Part shown: one piece after another, positions 54,269-64,000 of the stretch
Layout of the letters: each line of letters begins with the position of its first letter
Numbering within the stretch: the first letter of the stretch is position 1
Origin: Squalus acanthias
Lineage: Eukaryota
Length of the DNA: 64,000 nucleotides
Direction: 5' to 3'
Assembly (NCBI GenBank): GCA_030390025.1
Contig: CM059438.1
Coordinates: 73,284,001-73,348,000 of the forward strand
Position numbers and translations under genes: made by a program
The notes under the pieces: generated by a model
The model's input: the letters and a program-made list of their open reading frames with translations, nothing else
What the model was told of the DNA's origin: nothing
Databases searched by the model: none

Positions 54269-54521
54269 AATACAAAAGCAAAACACTGTGGATGCTGGAA
54301 ATCTGAAATAAAACCAGAAAATGCTGGAAATACTCAGCAGGTCAGACAGCATCCGTAGAGAGAGAAACAGAGTTAACGTTTCAGGTCAATGACCCTTTGT
54401 CAGATGACCCCCCCAACTAAAGTTCTGACGAAGAAGGGTCATCGACCTGAAACGTTAACTCGGTTTCTCTCTCTACAGCTGCTGCCTGACCTGCTGAGTA
54501 TTTCCAGCATTTTCTGTTTTT
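54269..54521. mobile_element. Penelope-like inverted-repeat insertion
   Basis: Perfect 14-bp TSD AATAAAGAAAGGCT; both hammerhead cores altered. Confidence 0.82.
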
Positions 54522-55228
54522 AATAAAGAAAGGCTGCTTTAGAAGAAAATACAGAGCGATAATCCGAAGGAGGAAACGATGAGAAAAGAGAAAGCAGCAA
54601 AGCAAATTCAGAAGGTAAAGGAAAAACACAAAATGAGAGGGTTGGAACAGTGCGTTTGACAGGCATAGAGAAAGCTATAAATACAGAAAAAAGATCAAAC
54701 AGAAACATGCTTAAACTGTATTACAAGCTTACACAGAGAGTGAAAAACATACACGAGAGTGCAGACGGAGGAAGGACAACATTATAGAAAGAGGAAGACA
54801 GGCAGACAGAGGTGACAAGAGAAAGTATCTCAGAGCCATATAAAGAAAAAGGAAATATTAGTCGAACACAGGCTGTTCTTAGCAATTCAATCAATAAAGC
54901 TACACACAACACTTCAGTAATCAATCATTTTCTGTAGTGTTTACAGATGCCTCAAGGACAGTGAGTGCAAGGCCTCTGCCACCTTCTCCCCGACCCTGCC
55001 CCTCCATCACCAATGGATTTCTTGACTAATAGGAATAAAATCTGGTCAAAATGGACAGTTCTGCTCTTAGTCTTAAAAAGAACATGGCAAAGATAGAAAA
55101 ATATTTTAAACTCCACATCTTCCTGCAACTTTCTGGCAGCAAAATGTCTTTAAATATAAGGCTCACCGAGGACATCGCAACCCCCCAACTAAACTTAAAC
55201 GAGAAGGGCTTCAAGGGATATTACTCAC

Positions 55229-55318
55229 CCACTGAGGAAATGTCTGTGAAATGATCTTCTCCCTCCTCAGCACTAATCAGGTCATTCTTACTCTTTTTCG
55301 TTGTTGCTCTCTTTAAAA
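55229..55318 (-). CDS. CACNA1B: CACNA1B exon 10: VLKRATTKKSKNDLISAEEGEDHFTDISSV
   Basis: acacag| acceptor, |gtgagt donor, 90 nt. Confidence 0.94.
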
Positions 55319-57615
55319 CTGTGTAAACAACCAAGTGTTACTGCGACGCCAATCTGCCTAGCACCATCTTAATCTTACATGACGTGCATTTATTACATGA
55401 AAAAATTAGTGGTTAGTTAAAATCAGAGTAAGCTCAAGATTTTTCCGAAGTAGGAGATTTGTGCGTCCTCTGATTTTCCAATTTAGAATTAGTTGGCGGT
55501 GCAGCAGTTTATCAAGGCAAAACCAAGTCAATCGCGTCAAATGTTGCTAATGTTAACCCTCTGTACTGCATTGCTAACTGGAGGAACAACATCTTAGAAG
55601 ACATAGCTAGAATCATCCATTCATTATTAGGAATCAAAACTAGTAGTCAATCACACAAAGCTGTCTGTAGAAATTTTCCAACAATCCACCACCATGCACA
55701 TTTATCTATTTCTACATAGAGTGCGTTCTAAGCCATTTAGCGTTTAGATCAATCTAGTGCTTTCAGTCAGTGTACACTAAGCTACAATAGCTGACCTAAG
55801 ACAGCACTTATTTATATCACATTAATATGTTCTCGGGATCATGAAAAGCTGCTTACTCTTAACAAAACATGTGATTTTTCTTACAATAAAGGCTGTAAGC
55901 AGTGATGATTCATACCACTCTTTTTCAGAATTTGTCTTTTGAGCTTGCAAGTTGCGGGAATGGCACAATTTCATCCTTCACCTCTGACAGTTTCCTACAT
56001 TCAAAACTTGAAGCGTGCTTATGAAGAGGAAGCACTCAAGTCATTACAAAGGTCTCCGCTCTTGAAAGGCAGAGCTTGGGGACCAATGTGCTGCTTCACA
56101 AAGTTGTCATATATGTCATAATTTAACAATGCCGATTCTATTGCTCTGTAACTTATGTAACTGTCTTAAATTATGGTGCAAGAATATGTTCTAATACACC
56201 GAGCAATACATTGTTTTCAACGTGCCTCGGGACGGTGAGCGCTGTGCAGCAGGAGGGATTTCAACAGGAAAACCTACCATCCAAACACAGGTCCGACATT
56301 CACAGCACTGGTCAATCTGCTGTAAACCAAATCCTGGGTTGTTGGCCTTCTCTCACAACCTGGAGCCCAAGCTTTCTGAATAACACTGCTGGATAATATC
56401 AGCACCTTCTGCGTTGTATGTCTCTTTTATTAATTGATGACATTTCTCTAGATTTTTTTTCCGAATGATAATAAAGCAAATATCATCACCTCCCCCTCAC
56501 GTCCAATTCAATCAAGCTGCTGCCCTTCAGCCACCCTTGTGATACCTGTGCCAGTGGACCAAAATGTGTGAATCCCTCATATTCTGAAATGAGTTTCAAA
56601 TCTGGAAGTAGGGATCCCGTTCCTTTGGTTACAATACATAGACGAGTTCAAATTTGCTTGACCAGAACTGCATCATTGTTAGGAATGGTAATGTTCTTGA
56701 ATAAAGTTCATTAATCTTCTCTCCTGCCTTCCCCAGAGCACTGGGTTAACAGTGGCAGGTCAGCTGAAATAAAATCATGACCTAAAGGTCATGTCAGAAG
56801 GGTTACGATTATTTTCTTTCATCAGATCGCTTCCTCAGACTGGAGTTACGGTTCCTTACCCAGTGCCGATTTTGGATACCCATACATCAATGCAGCTGAA
56901 CTCAAGCAAAGTTGCGAACCACTGTATAAGCACAAGCGATGTAATGAGTACTTTGCCTTTCAAAGCACTCTTCACGGATATCAACAGCGATTTGTCCAAT
57001 TTAAGTCTCACGGGCTTCTCGGTGGGTCTGTTAATAACGTTGCCCAATGTGGAGTAGGCTACACTGGTCCTAAATGTCTCAGGCTTGATCCCCAGTCTTG
57101 CTGAGTTAGCTGATGTTAGCCAAAGTGACATGAAGGGCACCATAATTGGCGTCAGCGCTACTGCCTAGGAAGGGTGAAAATGAATCAGACAATATTACCA
57201 ACTCTGATTGCTAGCCAATCATTGTGATGGAAAATACATGTTTAGATATTGAGAGGATCAGGCTCAGCTGTGATGCCCCCCATAGTCAATCCTGACAGTC
57301 ACCATCTCGGGTCACACTTAAAGACTTGGCACCACAGCTCATGGAATCATGCCATAGCAAGGCTAAATGCATTAGGGACAAATACAATTCCAAGTATCTG
57401 GCAGTAATATGCCTCATGTTACTGGGAAAGTCTGGTTTTGAAAGATGCACATCTCCAGGAGGTTGTATGTATCGAACAAATATATTAGAAGGGTGGCTGC
57501 ATAAGGTTGAAATAATGAACAATGGCATAAAATCCAGTAGACACAGTCTTTTGAATAGCTTTGAACCAAACGCTCTTTACCCATCACCGCTGCAATTAAC
57601 AGAAAGTGCACATAC

Positions 57616-57672
57616 CATCCAAAGCAGATTTGTCTTCTGCATTCTTGTCCTCTTCTGCCAACATGACCTCCT
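57616..57672 (-). CDS. CACNA1B: CACNA1B exon 9: EEVMLAEEDKNAEDKSALD
   Basis: ttttag| acceptor, |gtatgt donor, 57 nt, phase 1-1. Confidence 0.93.
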
Positions 57673-57931
57673 CTAAAACAAGATGCAAGAAAAGAAGGCT
57701 GAAACATGCAGTACTTCTAGCATCCATCTGACGAACATAAAACTACCTAACTGATGAAGTAAATTTGCAAGTGGCTGTATGGATTCTCGACCGTCACTAT
57801 GGTTGTGAGTCGCATGACTGAGTATAAATGCAAATCAATTGAACAACTGATGTACTTGAAAGTATAACTTTCTGTTCAACACATCAAGACGACACCTTCC
57901 ATCTGCGCCCACTAGCTTCGGCAGTTATAAT

Positions 57932-58665
57932 GGCCCTGAAATTGCAGTGTCTGTCTCGTACGCTGTCGTAATCCCTTTGAAATGCCTTGTAAGTTCCGGA
58001 TTTCCACATGCGTGAAATCTGGAACTTGCGGCCTGTCAACGTATGTGTTGACAGGCCATCCGCTGGGGGGTCCAAAAAAGCTATCGCTGGTGCAGAGTTG
58101 GGCTATTTGCCCAGCGACAGGCCAGCAATTGCCCACGTAAGTCTTATGGTTGATGCAAGCAGGTATAGGGCATGCTTGCATCAGCATAAGAGGATATCTA
58201 AGGCTTAAATGAAACAGTTACCTATCCAAAATTATGCACATACACATTATTAAATGAGTTTATGCAAATATTGGCCTGGATTACAGTTTTAATGTGTGAA
58301 ATTATCAAAAAATTATATTTTTATTGAGTTTGGTGGAATGAAAGCAATGATGATTAAAATTCAAATTCAGTTAATTGCATAATTTTTACATTTCGGGCTT
58401 CCATTGCATATCATTAGGGGATTCCCTTTGTAAATGACTGCAATGGAATTCTCCTTTGTCATTGGAGGACCGGTCGCACGTGACCCCAGGTACGCTTCCG
58501 AATGGGCTGCGTCCCTGGGATCCGTGGGCCATTACACTCTGCCCTCCGCCTCGAGGCCCGAGACTGCAACTCTTCGCAGCCCGGGCGCGAGGAGGTAATT
58601 TCCTAATTGTTTCGCGGGTCAGAGGCGTACTCCGGAGGAACGCCACCGACCACAATTTCTAGGCC
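57932..58665. mobile_element. PIF/Harbinger-like MITE, 3-bp TSD AAT
   Basis: TIRs GGCCCTGAAATTG / CAATTTCTAGGCC. Confidence 0.8.
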
Positions 58666-60560
58666 AATATTTACATAGAGTTCATTCCTATTTGAACCCT
58701 TTTCTGTCCTGTTGTGAGTCAACACATCTCTCAATGTGAATTACCAGTGAGCAGAGTCGGGCGGCAGAGCTAAAAGCCTTTCTAAAGCTTTGATTGCATT
58801 GCTGACCTGTTGGATCACAGACCCCAGAGAATTTATTAAATTCCATCAAATGCATATTATGGAAGTTGGAACTTCAACAGTACAAATCTGGAATTCAGAT
58901 AGAGTTTCCAAACTATCCATGTACATGGGGATTAGGATGAGAATATAGGCATTTTGACTGGGGCAGTGAGATAGTCATGCATTGGCTGTGGGTTGATGGG
59001 CTGAATGGCCTTTTGTTCCCAAGCTTTCTATGCTGCTATGCGATTAAATATCTATAGTAGCTGACTTATGAAAATGTCACGAGGTTTAATTTTAGAGAAA
59101 TGCTATTGAAGAATGTGTAATATTTTCCTTTGACCAACTGATGGCGAAAATATTTTCTATTTCTTTGATATAAAGATACAAGGTTAAGACTTGCTGATTT
59201 CTTTCACCGCAAGTAAAATGTGAATGATTCAACTTCCTCCAAGTGTACAAACTGTTAAGTTTACTAATTCTGCACATGGAATAAATATTTTAATTGCTGT
59301 GGTGGGGGAACAGGTTTTGTTGGTATGCCAACGTCCTGTCGCAAAAAACTAGAAAATTAGCACAAGTCCTTTACGGAAATGTTAAAACTCATTTTAAAAC
59401 CGGTATCATTCTCTGCTGGTTTTGAACGCTTGCTCTCCTGGTGAGAATGACGAGCTTAGCTTGCGTAAGTCAACATTCCAAATTGCATGGAGGGCAGTTT
59501 TTTGTGTCACAGCATAACAGGGAATTCCATGTCAGAACATGCGTCGGAGAAGGTCGGCCAGAGATTCAAGATTTAAAAAAATGTCAGTGGAAAAAGTAAC
59601 AGATGCATAAGAACAAGAGAAAGTACCAAAGGAGAAATGCCATTCACTCATTCCATTGGTAATCGTGTCAATTGGTAAATACCTTTATCTGATCATTAAA
59701 ACAAACTGTTCCCCACAGTGTACCAGAGTAAGACAGCATGTAGCACTCCCATCATTATATTATTTTTTCATCATTATAACAAGAGATAATAAGCAGTGAC
59801 TCAGCACAAGATGTGAAAACAAATTTAGTGGTGTTGTCTAATGCAAGACAAAACAATGTTTCGGAGGACACTACATGTGAGTGAAAGGAAGCAAGAGTTT
59901 AAACCTGGGTAATCCTTGTGTACAGACAACCCACAGAAAATAAAATTATCAGCAACCCCAATGAGATAAGATCATTCCACTTCAGATCAATCAATGCGAG
60001 TGCTTTCTCAAAAGGTCCAAAGTAACCACAAAAGAGCAACAGGGGAACAGAAAGTCATGAACCTCCTGAAAATTGCTTTGAAGTTGAGAACAGGTTTACT
60101 GTTAATATGTGAAGTTAAGCTAGAACCGAGAATGAAAACCCTACAACAGTATCTGCATTGTTAGACAGAGAAATGATTGACAGCCTTTGCATACTCCTGT
60201 CTTCAGTGGTGTCTCTTATGGGGTGCTTCAACTCACTGCCTTGAGTTCTCTTTTGCTTTCTGTTGGCTTTCCATTGTACCACTAGATTCACTGGGCTGTT
60301 GCAATGGTTCCTTGCTCCTGAAGTGTTAATTACTAATAAATAATCAGTGCTCCCAATCCATAATTAGATTTTTCCTGTATCCTATTGTGTATTTTCTGGA
60401 TGCTTCTTTCTGCATGTAAGTGAGAACAAACTGAGAAAAGAATGGAATCAGTTAAATTGTCCATGGGTATTCATAACTCACGGCTTCTCTTGCTTTATCT
60501 CCATCTCTCCCTTTATCTCCCCCACCCAGCTACATTACAGAATTCTGGCATCCCTCGATT

Positions 60561-61145
60561 AACATAACATAAGAAATAGGAGCAGGAATAGGCCACTTGG
60601 CCCCTCGAGCCTGCTCCGCCATTCAATAAGATCATGGCTGATCTAGGGCTCAAAGCCACTTCCCAGCCCGCTCCCCATAACCCTTCACTCCCTTATCTTG
60701 CAAAAATCTGTCTATCTCCACCTGAAATGTATTTAATGACCCAGCCTCCACAGCTCTCTGGGACAGAGAATTCCACAGATTTACGACCCTCTGAGAGAAG
60801 AAATTCCTCCTCATCTCAGTTCTAAAAGGGCGACCCTTTATTCTGAAACTGTGCCCCCGCATTCTAGATTTCCCCACGAGGGGAAACATCCTCTCTGCAT
60901 CTACCTTGTCGAGCCCCCTCAGTATCTTAGATGTTTCAATAAGATCACCTTTCATTCTTCTAAATTCCAATGAGTATAGGCCCAGCCTGCTCAACCTTTC
61001 CTCATAAGTCAACCCCCTCATCTCTGGAATTAACCTAGTGAATCGTCTCTGAACTGCCTCCAATGCAAGTATATCCTTCCTTAAATAAGGAGACCAAAAC
61101 TGTACGCAGTACTCAAGGTGCGGTCTCACCAATACCCTGTACAGC
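60561..61145 (-). mobile_element. CR1 LINE 3' end, young
   Basis: ORF 60650..61147; aacataacataagaaa tail. Confidence 0.94.
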
Positions 61146-61325
61146 ATGCTGTAAACTTAAGACCAGCATATCATCACAGGGCGATGGACAAAAAGAAACC
61201 AAAAGAATTGGCCACTAAGATTCCTATAGACAATATGTGATACTACAATAATGATTTTATAGTTGCAGAATTACACATTTTCTCAGAGAAACAAACATGC
61301 CAACTTTTGATCTTGACAAGCTTAC

Positions 61326-61441
61326 CTGCTATATGGATCCAGCGCAGGTATCTGTTGAATTCTTGCTCTATTTGCTGTTGTCGTCTTAATTTTAGAAATG
61401 CACGCCTGTTCTCCACCCTTTCTCGTTCTTTAGCAAACTCA
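61326..61441 (-). CDS. CACNA1B: CACNA1B exon 8 (end of IS6/AID): [38 protein letters not shown]
   Basis: ttgcag| acceptor, |gtaag donor, 116 nt, translation. Confidence 0.95.
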
Positions 61442-61534
61442 CTGCAAGATAAAAAGAGAACTTTCCTTGCTTTGTACTACAAAAATGAGTAAGAGTAATA
61501 CTGTACATTGTAAAACAAACTATGAGAAATAATT

Positions 61535-61779
61535 AAAAAGCAAAATACTGCGGATGCTGGAAACCTGAAATCTTATCAGAAAATGCTGGAAATACTCAGC
61601 AGGTCAGGCAGCATCTGTGGAGAGAGAAAGAGAGTTAACGTTTCAGGTCGATGACCTTTCGTCAGACCTGGATGAGTTCCGTTCTGACGAAGGGTCATCG
61701 ACCTGAAGCGTTGACTCTGTTTCTCTCTCCACAGATGCTGCCTGACCTGCTGAGTATTTCAACATTTTCTGTTTTTATG
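61535..61779. mobile_element. Penelope-like inverted-repeat insertion about 95 nt upstream of the exon 8 acceptor
   Basis: 13-bp TSD atgagaaataatt / atgagagataatt; left arm keeps CUGACGA..GAAAC on the minus strand. Confidence 0.82.
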
Positions 61780-63109
61780 ATGAGAGATAATTGTCGTGTT
61801 TCAGGATTTTTTGACCATTTGTCCACAGAAAGATTGCTTTTAATGTTCGGTTCCAGTTAAAAAAAAGGCTGAGTCAATAAGTAGTTAAGATGCTAATGTG
61901 CTAGCTTTGATGATGTTTCCCCAATAGACTGTAATTACGTAATTTGTCAGCCTTTCTTGGCAGTCGAAAAAGTACCTCACACCCCTTGCATTGGAAAGCA
62001 TTAGATCATTTTTTATCTGTGAACAGAGTGAAACAAGATTTTGACTGGGACATAGGCTGGCAGACAGGCTGTGTGAAACAGGATGCTGTGCAGGTAGTCA
62101 GGCTTTTGCAGAAACAAAGAGGTCAGAATTGTTGGAAGAATAGTTAGAAATGATCTTTTTTAAGCCAAGTAAAACAACCCACTGATGTGGGGAAGCATGC
62201 ATGTTCTTTATTTTCTATCACTACTCAAAGATAAGTTGGACTGTTTGAACGAAATGAGTTCAATCATAACTGCCATTCTGTATGTCCACTTTAATGTGAA
62301 ATAAAGTAGCATATCAATTCGTATCAGGCCTCAGCTTGTTGCACCTTCAGAAAGATTGAAAGAGCATTCTTGGGAAAGACACAACATCCTGGAAGCGGGT
62401 GCTATTGTTACGTACCAAATTTCCAACAGTAGTGCTCAAGAATACTTTCTCCAAATGATCTAATGTTATTTTAATTTTAATGAGAATATTGTACATCAAT
62501 CATGGAAATAAGAGGAAAAGATACAGAGAAGGTACGAAGCATAAGGTAACATTTTTGGGGGAGCTGGATTGCTCGTGAGATTGATTAGCTGATTTTGAGA
62601 GTTTCAGTCCCAGCACTGCCAGTCACCTCAACTGGTCTAACTTTATTAGTAAAGTATTTATCTATTGCCAGTTACGCCGTTAGATAGGGAAGTATGTGGA
62701 AAGGAGTGCGCTGTATTACTGTATATCTGACAATCAAAAAGTAGTGTTGGTCACACAACACTGGCAGTCACTACAGGGAATCATTTAACACTTCTCACTG
62801 AAGAAGGATAAATGACGGTAATTGGTGCCAGCACGGTAAATGGGGAAATAAAAAGCTTCAGGTTTTAAAAAAAGACAACATACTAATAAAAAGTAACATC
62901 TAAGTACTTTTGCATCCTGCCTTTTTGGAGAATTTTAATCACTTTTAGTGATTTTCTGCAGGTTGGTTGAGCTGGGAATTTTATTGCATTGCTTGATGGC
63001 AGAAAGTACAAAAGAATCAGATACTGAGCAAGTTAAAATGTGGTGGACTGTCCTCCTGATGGACCATAACAATGTGGACAAATCCTAATCTCAGAAGAGC
63101 ACTCCCATA

Positions 63110-63382
63110 TTCACCCATTACTAGAATATCAGGGATGCAGGACTTCAGTTATGTGGAGAGACTGGAGAAGCTGGGGTTGTTCTCCTTAGAGCAGAGAAGG
63201 TTAAGTGGAGATTAAGGTGTTCAAAATCATGCATGGTTTTGATGAAGTAAATAAGGAGAAACTGTTTCCAGTGCAGAAGGGTCAGTAAACCCAGGACACA
63301 GATTTAAAGTGATTGGCAAAAGAACCAGATGTGACACGAGACAACATTTTATTTTTTAACACAGCGAGTTGTTGTGATCTGG
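63110..63382 (+). mobile_element. Degenerate CR1-clade fragment
   Basis: SYVERLEKLGLFSLEQRRL motif. Confidence 0.75.
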
Positions 63383-64000
63383 CCTCTGGATTACTAGACC
63401 AGTAACATAACCACTATGCTACCGTACCCTGACAATTCCTGGTCCAAACTCTGCGCTGCTCACTAAACATTCATCAATCTGATTGGTTAAGGAGGTACAC
63501 AGTGACTTGTCCTGTTCACACAGGTTCCAGATGCTCTGTAGAGGGCGCTGCGCTTTTTGGCCATTTGGCCGACAGGAACTTCCAGTGCAAAAGCCCATGG
63601 AAAGGCAATGGGAAAGTGGAAGCGTAACGAACGGCACCGCTGACTGCAAAATCGGTCCCAATGTAATTATTATGTTGAATACTTGTGTTCAGAGAACTTT
63701 TTATTTAACTGCACTTCAAGTGCATCAATGTATCAGGAGGTACTTGCAATATGAAGCATTGAGTCCACACGTGCTCCGTTGCAACCCAGAATTGGTGTAC
63801 CTGGATTTTCTGCCAATGAGGGAACAGATAATGTGCAGCCTCGTACTACAGCAGTGTCATCCCTATTCTGCCATGTGTTGCTGTGTTTAAAAGGAAGTAT
63901 GAACAGTCCAGAACTTGCATGAGTGTCGGCAGTGAGCATCTGGGCACAGTTTCCTCCTTGGGTGCAACCCGGAGGTTGCATCCCAAATTGTGCCTATTTT

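Noticed and set aside
56860-56921. tacag|62 nt|gtaagg candidate exon in intron 9
   Set aside because: Frameshifting, with an in-frame stop and a modest acceptor; no other support.
57673-64000. A duplicate exon 8 with a canonical AID, or exon 7
   Set aside because: No such coding sequence found by eye on the minus strand; exon 7 appears to lie beyond the window.

Overview
Vertebrate genomic DNA, most likely from a shark or ray judging by the repeat families and protein sequence. The whole window lies inside one minus-strand gene, CACNA1B (Cav2.2, N-type voltage-gated Ca2+ channel alpha1B). Seventeen coding exons were read from splice sites and frame-consistent translation: exons 8-23 by mammalian numbering, plus the alternative exon 18a. 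They run from the I-II loop AID through domain II and the synprint loop to IIIS2. One intron is U12-type. The introns hold CR1 and L2 LINE 3' ends, Deu-domain SINEs and other tRNA-derived SINEs. They also hold PIF/Harbinger-like MITEs with 3-bp TSDs, two solo LTRs with 5-bp TSDs, and five Penelope-like insertions with 13-15-bp TSDs, four of them palindromic, carrying minimal hammerhead ribozyme motifs. The most notable points are a strongly non-consensus AID/QXXER segment, loss of both I-II loop Ser-Pro sites, conservation of exon 18a with its Rbfox site, and the hammerhead-bearing inverted repeats. Almost all short ORFs in the track are spurious or repeat-derived. No searches were run, so repeat family names are recognition-level and repeat boundaries without TSDs are approximate.
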